From assembly GCF_004010195.1 (NCBI RefSeq), contig NC_057752.1, positions 5,213,121 to 5,248,463 on the forward strand: DNA of 35,343 nt, read 5' to 3'. A model generated the notes under the pieces. That model made no database searches, was not told where the DNA came from, and was given only the letters and a program-made list of their open reading frames with translations. Positions 24,001 to 32,014 of this stretch are shown piece by piece (the first letter of the stretch is position 1; each line of letters starts with the position of its first letter). The DNA comes from Chiloscyllium plagiosum (lineage: Eukaryota). The position numbers were made by a program, and so were the translations under genes.

Positions 24001-27000
24001 AGTGGGTTAGTATAGGTTAGGTGGGCTTGGATCGGCGCAACATCGAGGGCCAAAGGGCCTGTACTGCGCTGTATTCTTCTATGTTTCTATAACCCATAAT
24101 TGCTTACCACAAACTTGGGTGCACTGGTCATGAAACAAATGCCTGATCTGGTGCTTGATTTGTTTTTTCATACTGTAGACACAATTACTATTTGTTGATT
24201 TCTCCTCATCCTTTAGAATACCAACAGTGCTGGTTGCAAATAAGAGGGATCTTTCTAAACAAAGGTATGTAGTTTTCTTTGCTCAGCAGCAAGGCTTCAC
24301 ATAAAATAACGCCAGACAAATATGATTTTAATTATCTCTTGAGCCATAGTAATGTGAGGGAGAAAAAAAAGAGAATAAGTTCCTACAATATGTTTGGAAT
24401 TCGCCTTTTTAATCCAACAATTTAAAACAAGGCTGTAATTGATCTAGTTCTAGGGAATGAAATGAGGGACGTAGAGAAATATCTCAAAAATTGAAAAGAA
24501 CGTTGGAGAATAGTGAGATATAATGTTAGAAGAGGGAAAACTTTTAAAGAAAACAATTGATTAATAAGTGGTATGGAAGACATTGAGGAAAAGTAGTAAA
24601 GGAATTTGAAGCAAGAGGGATGAGGACATTACCCACATATTGTGTCACCCATTTAGTAAACTGGATCAACTAGTTAACTGGTTTATAATGAGACAGCAGG
24701 TTGGAAACTGCATATTATGCATGGAATGTCTTGCCTGCAGATTCTCCCAAATCTCCCCTCCATCTACAAAATGCAAGTCATGGAATACTTTCCCCTTGTC
24801 TACAACAACTTTTGAAGCTCAACATCAACAACGATAAAGCAGTCCTCTTGATTGTCTCCCCACTCCCTCCACCACTGGCACATACTGGTTGCAGTGTGTA
24901 CCATCTACAAGATGCATTGCAGCAACCTGTCATGTCACCTTTGCTAGCACTTTCCCAACCCGTGACCTCTACCACATCAAGGAACAAGCTTAGCAGATCC
25001 ATGGGAACACTACTGCCTGCAGGTTCCCTCCATGCCATAAATCATCCTGACTTTGAATTCAATCGCTGTTCCTTCATTATTGCTGGCTCCAAGCGGTCCC
25101 TACTTAAGAGCATTGTGGGGATACCTTCATCTGGACTGCAGCAGTATGAGGTGACAACTTGCCACCAAGTTGAAGATAAGTAAGGATGGATTAAAAATGC
25201 TATAATCCAATTATTAATATCTTGTCATAATGCCCAGAGCCTGGGAATTAATTGAAACCATTGTAAAAATAAATCTCATGGTGGATGAAGTAACAGATGT
25301 ATAATGAATATTCTACCTCATTTCTTTGAACAAAGTATGAGATTTTTTAAAAAAAACACATTGGCTATGTGATGAGATGGAACAATCAAATATGACAGGA
25401 TAGTAATAACTTTTAATAAGAAAATTTGCTGAATCTCCAAATCAAAATAAGCATCAGACCTAAAGCTATGGATTCTGAAATAGAGGCAAGTCCAGAGTAG
25501 AAATAATAGAGGCTCTGACTACAATCTTTTAAATGTCCTTGGATATGCAAATTTTGCAATTGGACTGAAAGTTTGCCAGTGTAATGTCGCTGCCACAAAG
25601 AGATAAACCAGGTAACTAGATCTTTTCAACCTAACTATGTTGATGGACAAGGTTGGTAGAGTCCCTACAGGATGAAATTTGTGGTAGTCTAAAAAGACAT
25701 TGGTTAATTATGGATAAGCAATGTGGAATTGTTGTAGGCCAATCATTTGTGATATAAGTTATTTAAAGAAATTAGTCTATATTGTGAAAGGAATTAAGCT
25801 ATGTATAAAAGCAAATTGCTGCAGATACTGAAAATACGAAACAAACACTGAGAATGCTGGAGAAACTCTAAGTTTGGCAGCATCTGTGAGCGAGAAACTG
25901 AGTTAATGTTTAGAGTCTGGTATGTCATCTTCAAAATTTCAGACTGTTATGTAGTTTGAAAAGGTGTTAGGATGACTCCTAGAAAACTTCCTAAAATTAA
26001 GGTACACAGTAGTAAAGGGAATGTGACCGCATTAATAGGAAGTTGTTAAAGGATGGAACATGGAAAGCATAGTTAATGGATTCAAAAGAAAAATATTGCA
26101 GATGTTTAAAAAGTAGTGTAGAGACAGAAAATACTGCAAATATTCAACAGGTCTTGTAACGTCACTGGAGCATAGTTCACGTTTCAGGTGAATGCTCTAA
26201 TAAAGAGTACAGGTTAAAAGATTGAGCCATTTTGGCTGCCTTATTTCAGAAAAGTTGTGAAGACTATGGAGTGTGCAAATGAGATTCACTGTCCATTCTT
26301 TAAACCTATTGCTCCTGAAACCTGCTACCAAGAAATGGAGGCTCCTTTCATTACAACAAAGAAGGTTAAGATGGGGGGACATGAAATAAAATTACTGAGC
26401 TCTGAAGGTTATATTTATGCACTGGTAAAAGTAGAAATTTAACATAATAACACAGAACAAAGTGGGGGGGGCTAGAAGTTAAGGTAAAATGCCCGAACAG
26501 AAACTGCTGGTATCAGAATAACTTTAAAACAGTTACATTCTGGAGGAAAAAAATGTTTGCTGACGTTTTATTTGAGTTTGACAGTTCTGCTTTCTTCTTG
26601 CACAATTTCGAAGTGCCTTGAAGTCACTTTAGAGTTCTCTGAACTCTTAAGACATTTGTAGCTTTGCACCTCATGAGGGATTCCTTCTGGGAATTTCACT
26701 TTGATGTAAGTAGTAAGGAACTGTCGGTGAAGGGAGAGCAGAATTAATGGACACCTGCTTGCAGGGAACTTTAACCTCCCAACTGAGTTTATAATCCCTG
26801 AACAACATACCTGCAGCTCTCTGAGGAGCAGTCCATATGAAGACTTCAATTCTCTAAAGAGGTTGTGTAACCTGCAACTAACTGCCACAGAGGTGCAACA
26901 TTACTTATTGCAATCAAGGTCTCTGCAGCCCTGAATGTCTTTGTCTTTGTCTCAGATGACTACCAGAGGGAATATCTACTCAGGCGAACTGAAGCTACTA

Positions 27001-30000
27001 TTTGGCAAGTGATTGATGCCTTGGAGCAACACTTTCCCTTGCTTCACTTGACTTACAGAAATAGCAGAATGGAGTTCTGGGATTTGCATAAAATATAAGA
27101 TTTCCCCAAGTCCAGAACTGCACTCGTGTTGACATGTGGGCTGTTCCATGCAAACTCCAGCTTTTGGGAATTATGAAGGCTTCCATTTCATTAATGTGTG
27201 ATTGATACATATGATCACCAACAGCCCGTCATCCTGGTCTATGCTCACATTCCTCGTAACTAGTAAGTGCAAAGTCATGCACTTGGGTCAATAATGTGGG
27301 AAGGCGAACTATTATCTTAATGGGGAGAGACTGCGGGGTGCTCCAGTGCAGAGGGATTGAGGTGTACTAGTTCGTGAATCACAGAAGACTAGCATGCAGG
27401 TACAGCAGATAACAAAGAAAACGAATAGAATGTTGGCTTTTATAGCTAAAGGAACAGAATGTAAAGGTAAAGAAGTATTGTTGCAACTATACAAGGCAAT
27501 GGTGAGACCACACCTGGAGTATTGTGCAGTTTTGGTCCCCTTCATATGAGGCAAGATATAGAGGCATTGGAGGCAGTTCTGAGGAGGTTCACTAGATTGA
27601 TCCCAGAGATGAAGGGTTTGTTGTATGAAGAGAGATTTAACAGTTTATAATCTCTGGAATTTAGAAGAATGATGGGAGATCAAAGTTAGGTCTTCAAGAT
27701 GATAACAAGTGTGGATACAACAGACGTGGGGTGGATGCTTCCTGTTGTGGGGCATTCTAGAATGAGAGGTCATAGCCTTAGGATAAGGGGTAGCAAATTT
27801 AAAACAGAGTTGAGGAAAAACTACTTCTCCCAAAGGGTTGTGAATCTGTGGAATTCACTACCCCAAAGTGTGGTGGATGCTGGGACAGTGAGTAAATTTA
27901 AGGAGGAGTTTGACATTTTTTTGATTGGTTGAAGGAATGTGGAGAGAAGGCAGGAAAATGAGGGTGAGGAGCATTTCAGCCATGATCGAATGGAGGAACA
28001 GACTCAATGAGCCGAATGGCCTAATTCTGCTCCTATATTTCATGGACTGCTCTAATGCTTGTATCTTATCCTAATATTTCTCCACAACTGATTCTGCTCA
28101 GCAAATGAGAGACTAACAACTTGAGACAAGGGCTATTTCTTGCACATTTCGCTCATGATTTCTCCTAGTAATCCATACTATCTCTTTGAACTATTCTATG
28201 ATCAGGTCCACGCGTCAGTTATAGCCCTCATTAGGCAGGTTATTGATGCTCTCTAGCTACAATTCTGATAGCTGGATGTAGTTTGTTGGTTTTCAAGGTT
28301 TGCAGAAAGATTTGTAGCCCGGGTGCCAGTTGCCGTGGTTGTGGGTATGTTTGCTGAGGTGGGTAGTTGATTTGCAGACACATCGTCCCCTGTCTGGGTG
28401 ACATCCTCAGTGCTTTGGAACCTCCTGTGAAGTGCTGCGACACTGTCTCTTCTGGGGTTTATTTGGTTCCGTTCCTGCTGTTTCCGATTGTTCGTTGTAG
28501 TGGCCGGTATTTTGGGTCTAAGTCAATGTGTTTGCTGATGGAATCCATGGATGAGTGCTATGTCTCTAGAAATTCTCTGGCTGTCCTCTGTTTCGTTTGT
28601 CCTATGATCATTGTGTTGTCCCAGTCGAATTTGTGGCCCCTGTCATCTGTGTGTATGGCTACTAGGGACAGCTAGTCGTGGCATTTAGTAGCTCATTAGA
28701 GTGCGTTGATGTGGATTGTTAGTTGTCTACCTGTTTGCCCTGTATTTTGTGCAGTCTTTGTATTGTTTTCTTGTAAATTACGTTTGTCTTGCACATGATG
28801 GGTATGGGGTCTTTTGTTCTGGTGAGTTGTTGGTTTCTCACCCAAATCTGTTCAGTATTGTGCGAGTTTGATGTAAGCTGCATAACTGAATAGCAACAAG
28901 GACAACATAATGTGCATCTTTAAAGAAGACCATGATGGAATGGACACAAACAACATGGGGACTGAATTTTGTAAGCAAACATGAACACACTGGACCTCAA
29001 ATAATTGGCTGCAGATGGTCACTTTTTATGGTTGCCTACAACTGTAACTCTATAAGAGCAATATGTAATCATGTAATGATGCTCTTAGCCAATTTGACTG
29101 GGAACTTCTCTGGTTTTATTGTTTGGTCTGCATTGAGTTAGCAGGGGTTGGAGTATGTATGGCTGACATTTTATGTTTCTACGATTATGGAAAGGCAGAA
29201 TCAGCCCAGGTTTCTGAAAGCTATGAAGCAAACCTTGCTGATCAGTGTGCATGCATGGGCTCAAGGTGACTTGCCTGTGTGTGTTCTTTTCCTTTGCTCC
29301 AGCACAGTTTCCTAACATTCATCTGAGTCCATGTGTGAATAATCAGTTATATTGATTGAACTTGTTGAACTGTACACAAACAGTCTTTGGGAAAAGAGGG
29401 TTGATATTTTGGAGGTGGGGAAGTAAATACTTGCAACTGACATTCAAATCTGTGCCTTTTATTTTCTTCCCATAAACTGGATGTGCTTTTAGGGCAAAAC
29501 TTTGAAGTCTATTTTGAAATAAAATTGTATAGATCCATGTTGGTCTGTACTCCTGTTTCCATAGGGTGGTGCAGACCGAAGAAGGGAAGAAGCTTGCAGA
29601 TTCCTGGGGGGCTGCTTTCTTGGAATCCTCAGCAAAACAGAATGATGTAAGTGACTAGGGAGAAAAAAATTGATAACCTACATGTTCTCATTCCCAAAGG
29701 AAGCAATATAGTACCAGATTAGTTAGTGTTTAATTCTAAAACTGATTTTATGCAAGAGTTGTTTTACTTTGCATTCTCTGATTCCAGATTATGGTCTGTG
29801 AACTGTTCCCCATATTTGCATTTATCTGCTACCCTGGGACAGGGTAGACTCACAAGAAAAGCAATGTTCTAGAATCCTACCTTAAACCAATATTAGTTAA
29901 AGCTGTAATTTGACTCTCTAAATTTTTTGCACCAGGATGATATAGTAATGTGGCTTAATTTTTTTAAATGACTGCTAATCCAAGTGTCACTGCTGCCAAA

Positions 30001-32014
30001 TATGTTGTACAAAGCTAGTGGTGTTAGTGCAACATTGCAGACAAAATTCAAATGCAGTGGGGAAACTGGAGTGTGGTGCACTACACATGGTAAAACTTCT
30101 GCAACGTAGATGCAGAAATGCAGATGGGGGGTGGCACAGTAGCTCAGTAGTTAGCACTGCCACCTTACAGCACCAGGGACCTGGGTTCGATTCCACTCTT
30201 GGGTGACTGTGCAAACTCCACACAGACATTCTCCCAGTGTTTGCATGGGTTTCCTCAAGTGCTCCAGTTTCCCCTCTCAGTCCAAAGATGTGCAGGTGAG
30301 GGTGGATTGGCCATGCTAAATTGCTCATAGTGTCCAGGGAAGTGCAGGCTAAGTGGATTAGCCATGGGAAATGCAAGGCTACAGGGATAGGGTAGGTGGA
30401 GTAGGTCTGAATGGAATGCTCTTTGGTGGTTGGTGTTGATTTGACGGGCCAAAAGGCCTGCTGCCACACTGGAGGGACTCTATAATTTTAGATGTAATAT
30501 GCCTCTCCCTTTTTTAAAAAAAAAATTAAACAATGTATTTTGTTTACCCATGTTGAAGTATTGTCTATAGGATAAAATGAAACTAAGAACTGCGGATGCT
30601 GGAAATCTGAAACGAAACCAGACATTGCTGGAGAAACTTAGCAGGTCTGACAGCACTTGTGGGGTGGGGGTGTGTGGCTTGTGGGGAGAGAAAGTAAGTG
30701 AATAGGTGGACACTGAGCCCAGAGAGAGACCGTTAGGCAGACAAAGGGATGGATGATGGTAAGCCAGTGAGAAAGAAAAGTTGATAATGGGGATTATAGT
30801 TGAAAATGTGTTGGCAGTGCTGAAAACAAGCCATGTCATGACTGACAGGGCCTGGGGTGTGGAGGTTGGGTAAAGGACACAGAGAGAGAGAGAGAGAGAG
30901 CAAGAATGTATTCTCTTCTACTTTGTGGATACCAGACACCGACTGGGTGACCACTTTGTGGAACACTTGTATTCTGTCCACAAAAATGATCCTGAGTTCT
31001 GGTTGCCTGCCACTTTAATACATGATCATGTTCCCTGGCCAACATTTCTCTCTTTGGTCGACTGCAGTGCTCCAGTGAGGCCTAGCACAAGCTGTAAGAA
31101 CAGTATTTCATTTTCCACTTGGGGACCCTGCAGCCTTCAGTACTCAATATAGAGTTCAACAAGTTTAGAGCCTCAACAACTTCCTTTGTTATGTACCCAC
31201 TCTGGACCTGTCATGACATGCTGTGCTTTCAGCACAGCTAACCCATTTTCGCCTACTATAGTCCCCATTGTCAGCTTTACTTTATCCCCAGCTCACCATT
31301 ATTCATCCATTTGTCTCCCTAACTATCTTTCTCTTGCTCTCTGTGGGCTCTGTCCCCATACCACCTTTTCCAAGCTAATAACAGTTCTGAAGAAGGGTCA
31401 CTGGACCCAAAACATGGAATCTGCTTTCTCTCCACAGATGCTGCCAGATCTGCTGAGTTTCTCTGGCAATTTCTGCTTTTACATCATTTATAGGACTTCT
31501 CTTGAGTAAAGAACTTCCTGAAGGGAGCTGAAGAAAGACTGCATTTAAAAAAGGTGAACTTAGCAGTTGGCTGTTTGTAACTGTGATTGCTGATATGGAG
31601 GGCAAATGTTAAATTTCTTGCACCAAAATGAATTGGTGTTAGATTTTGGTAGTTTTGCAGCATCACTGTTTATAGGTGTGAAATGGCCGAAACCCATAAC
31701 TGTTCCTGCACTATGACCTGCACTGATCATGTGCAGTTCAAAACTTGGGCTTTGGATGTGGACCAGTAACACATTACTGAGAGCTATGGACTAACTTTTA
31801 AATGGAATGGTGGGGGCCAGTCTTTCGTTGTCCTCTGTTCTTCATCTGTATGTTATAGTACTCAAATAACTTAGCTTTGAGAGTATGCCTCAAAGTATTG
31901 AATATTATTGAATTGTTTCTCTTTCAGACTACAGTACAAATCTTCAAAATGATGATCCAAGAAATTGAAAAAGCTGATGGATGTACACAAGACAGGAAAT
32001 GTGATATGATGTAG
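3028..32014 (+). CDS. RHEBL1: Rheb-family small GTPase (RHEB-like 1 type), 8 coding exons, 182 aa (span includes introns)
   Basis: Spliced by hand: 52+72+68+83+57+48+82+87=549 nt, open frame, all introns GT-AG. Motifs: G1 GYRSVGKS with the Rheb-diagnostic Arg15, effector YDPTIEN, G3 DTAGQ, G4 NKRD, G5 SAK, C-terminal Caa[16 protein letters not shown], VQxxEGKKLAxSWGA, IQEI and the basic residues before the CaaX resemble RHEBL1 more than RHEB. The family is certain; the paralog assignment is less so. Confidence 0.9.
3563..3790 (-). mobile_element. Terminal fragment of a second Penelope-like family with a degenerate hammerhead core
   Basis: The minus strand reads ctggtga atcagcgacgctcc gaaa gcta gtg, followed by aataaa. 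Confidence 0.6.
3921..4125. mobile_element. Inverted pair of Penelope-like 3' units (- copy 3921-4032, + copy 4036-4125)
   Basis: The two arms are imperfect reverse complements; the + arm starts with CTGACGA aagctc acta gactt GAAA cgtta. Confidence 0.85.
4405..4740 (-). mobile_element. Penelope-like 3' unit plus probable degraded 3' UTR
   Basis: gtgctggagaaactcagcaggtctggca..gtggagagagaaacagttaa followed by a purine-rich stretch. Confidence 0.6.
4760..5080 (-). mobile_element. Degraded Deu-domain SINE
   Basis: gcagtcaatttgcacac..gatcccacagacaacaatgtgat and gtactgcactggagcgtcag, the latter matching 6615-6640. Confidence 0.6.
5700..5771 (+). CDS. RHEBL1: Rheb-like coding exon 2 ([23 protein letters not shown])
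   Basis: Acceptor ccttgtAG, donor GTAAGT; switch I; 72 nt. Confidence 0.97.
5988..6093 (-). mobile_element. Penelope-like 3' unit with target-site duplication
   Basis: Flanked by gtattggcaggct (5975-5987) and gtattggtaggct (6094-6106), a 12/13 match. Confidence 0.82.
6335..6712 (-). mobile_element. Deu-domain SINE (SacSINE1/AmnSINE-like)
   Basis: gagggatgaatattggccagga..atgggatcttt..cagcactccctca..actggagtgtaagcctggattatg matches the recalled DeuSINE reverse complement; tRNA-like head near 6660-6712. Confidence 0.7.
7081..7148 (+). CDS. RHEBL1: Rheb-like coding exon 3 ([23 protein letters not shown])
   Basis: Acceptor ttttgcAG, donor GTGAGA; DTAGQ motif, also visible in ORF 6966..7169; 68 nt. 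Confidence 0.97.
7175..7968 (-). mobile_element. CR1-clade LINE 3' fragment, interrupted by a SINE at 7711-7907
   Basis: The minus strand at 7911-7968 gives [24 protein letters not shown] motif near 7660. Confidence 0.7.
7711..7907 (+). mobile_element. tRNA-derived SINE of a distinct family
   Basis: A box tagctgagttgg (7719-7730), B box ggttcaattcc (7765-7775), internal hairpin cctgagg..cctcagg, tail actttactttt. Confidence 0.7.
7968..8075 (-). mobile_element. CR1 3' tail
   Basis: Reverse complement of 14335-14438 (catagagtcatagag tail repeats). Confidence 0.85.
9535..10910 (+). mobile_element. CR1 LINE RT-to-tail fragment nested in the minus-strand CR1
   Basis: [22 protein letters not shown] (FADD motif), [13 protein letters not shown], and the tail gaatggcctacttttgctc..gtcttat. 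Confidence 0.9.
10119..10282. mobile_element. Penelope-like unit (short inverted end plus sense hammerhead unit) inserted in CR1
   Basis: Flanks aaggcaaatggaat (10105-10118) and aaggcaaaatgaat (10283-10296); CTGAAGA at 10181, GAAA at 10203. Confidence 0.82.
11251..11405. mobile_element. Young 155-bp Penelope-derived insertion with perfect 15-bp TSD and 22-bp inverted repeat
   Basis: TSD tacctatcccctttg (11236-11250, 11406-11420); inverted repeat 11288-11309 / 11384-11405; near-identical to the terminus of the element at 34386. Confidence 0.93.
11313..11348 (+). ncRNA. Minimal type-I hammerhead ribozyme motif with intact core
   Basis: CUGAAGA (11317-11323), extra A, stem II GGGC-uuau-GCCC, GAAA (11337-11340), C-GUC with predicted cleavage after 11344. 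Stem III is reduced to the palindrome ACGU. Activity is not shown. Confidence 0.72.
12680..12800 (-). mobile_element. Old CR1/L2 RT remnant
   Basis: The minus strand gives VAP*GSVLGS, a decayed GVPQGSVLGP. Confidence 0.45.
13289..13371 (+). CDS. RHEBL1: Rheb-like coding exon 4 ([28 protein letters not shown])
   Basis: Polypyrimidine tract plus ttttAG, donor GTGAGT; 83 nt. Confidence 0.97.
13725..14438 (+). mobile_element. Relatively young CR1 3' fragment
   Basis: [12 protein letters not shown]...[17 protein letters not shown]...[12 protein letters not shown]; tail ctctatgactctat. Confidence 0.93.
14439..15275 (-). mobile_element. CR1 3' fragment of an older subfamily
   Basis: [11 protein letters not shown] in ORF 15115..15354; its tail is the reverse complement of the tail at 10780-10910. 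Confidence 0.8.
15325..15600 (+). mobile_element. Degraded LINE 3' fragment
   Basis: atggaatactt..gcagtgtgta motifs shared with 24750-25240. Confidence 0.55.
16242..16298 (+). CDS. RHEBL1: Rheb-like coding exon 5 ([19 protein letters not shown])
   Basis: Acceptor ttgttgcAG, donor GTGAGT; 57 nt; nearly identical to the RHEB helix-3 peptide. Confidence 0.97.
16360..16465 (-). mobile_element. Penelope-like 3' unit about 60 nt downstream of exon 5
   Basis: gtgctggagaaattcagcatgtctggcagcatctgtgaagag..gttaatgtttt..gtgactcttc. Confidence 0.8.
16745..16900 (-). mobile_element. Old CR1 RT remnant
   Basis: The minus strand resembles a decayed YLDFQKAFDKVP motif (tggatttccataaagacattcaataaagtccat). 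Confidence 0.45.
17705..19670 (-). mobile_element. CR1 LINE ORF2 3' half, split by a SINE at 18957-19295
   Basis: [38 protein letters not shown] (19349-19657); [14 protein letters not shown] (18609-18926); tail complementary to 14290-14430. Confidence 0.92.
18957..19295 (+). mobile_element. Full-length V-SINE/HE1-like tRNA-derived SINE
   Basis: A box tggctcagtgg (18967), B box ggtttgattcc (19011), central core shared with 1-60, CR1-like tail. Confidence 0.88.
19750..20350 (-). mobile_element. L2-clade LINE RT remnant
   Basis: [34 protein letters not shown] and [21 protein letters not shown] resemble L2 KPTLDP..NYRPISNLPFLSKVLE and GFR..HSTETAL.KV.ND. Confidence 0.72.
22993..23517 (-). mobile_element. 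CR1 3' fragment
   Basis: [31 protein letters not shown] (ORF 23349..23558). Confidence 0.92.
23580..24090 (+). mobile_element. CR1 3' fragment, subfamily similar to 250-1055
   Basis: [56 protein letters not shown]; tail ttctatgtttctat. Confidence 0.92.
24217..24264 (+). CDS. RHEBL1: Rheb-like coding exon 6 ([16 protein letters not shown])
   Basis: Acceptor cctttAG, donor GTATGT; NKxD motif; 48 nt. Confidence 0.96.
24750..25240 (+). mobile_element. Degraded LINE 3' fragment (CR1/L2 group)
   Basis: catctacaa..atggaatact..gcagtgtgtaccatctacaagatgca..ctggactgcagcag; a second copy lies at 15325. Confidence 0.6.
25240..26080 (+). mobile_element. Highly decayed CR1 ORF2; a further piece may lie at ~24420-24600
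   Basis: gataaaccaggtaact..(DKPGNYR-like) near 25600; VIDLVLGNE near 24435. Confidence 0.5.
25805..25935 (-). mobile_element. Penelope-like 3' unit; a more decayed copy lies at ~26085-26190
   Basis: tgctggagaaactc..ggcagcatctgtgagcgagaaactgagttaatgttt. Confidence 0.78.
26800..27262 (+). mobile_element. PIF/Harbinger (HARBI1-like) transposase relic
   Basis: Collinear decayed motifs [40 protein letters not shown] (GFP.V.GAIDCTHV) and GFHFINV..DH (RKGFHSINVQ..CD). Confidence 0.7.
27263..28045 (+). mobile_element. CR1 3' fragment
   Basis: [55 protein letters not shown], and the tail gccgaatggcctaattctgctcctat. Confidence 0.92.
28290..28840 (-). mobile_element. Penelope-like element (Poseidon-type) GIY-YIG endonuclease remnant plus 3' end
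   Basis: Minus strand: [57 protein letters not shown]; decayed hammerhead ctgagga tgtcacc..ggggac ga at ~28376-28412. Confidence 0.85.
29565..29646 (+). CDS. RHEBL1: Rheb-like coding exon 7 ([27 protein letters not shown])
   Basis: Acceptor tttccatAG, donor GTAAGT; SAK motif; 82 nt. Confidence 0.97.
30130..30483 (+). mobile_element. Full-length V-SINE/HE1-like SINE
   Basis: A box tagctcagtag, B box ggttcgattcc (30184-30194), shared core and tail. Confidence 0.9.
30572..31482. mobile_element. Penelope-like composite: inverted 3' part (30572-30870) plus sense GIY-YIG remnant and 3' terminus (30905-31482)
   Basis: [14 protein letters not shown] is homologous to ETGRLLAECFREHL at ~34950. 30700-30855 is an imperfect reverse complement of 31200-31360. 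Hammerhead CTGAAGA a GGGTC actg GACCC aAAA at 31387. Confidence 0.82.
30881..30900. repeat. (AG)10 microsatellite
   Basis: Read directly; sits at the junction of the inverted and sense Penelope parts. Confidence 0.95.
31928..32014 (+). CDS. RHEBL1: Rheb-like coding exon 8 ([28 protein letters not shown])
   Basis: Acceptor ctctttcAG; ends in a CaaX box and TAG at 32012-32014. Confidence 0.95.
   Translation, partial: TTVQIFKMMIQEIEKADGCTQDRKCDMM

Noticed and set aside
28957..29210. MITE with GGGCTGA-like terminal inverted repeats
   Set aside because: The ends match only loosely and no TSD is evident.
1676..31482. CRISPR-like or other prokaryotic repeat system from the recurring ~100-bp unit
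   Set aside because: The copies are dispersed, on both strands, diverged and tied to Penelope termini in a spliced vertebrate locus.
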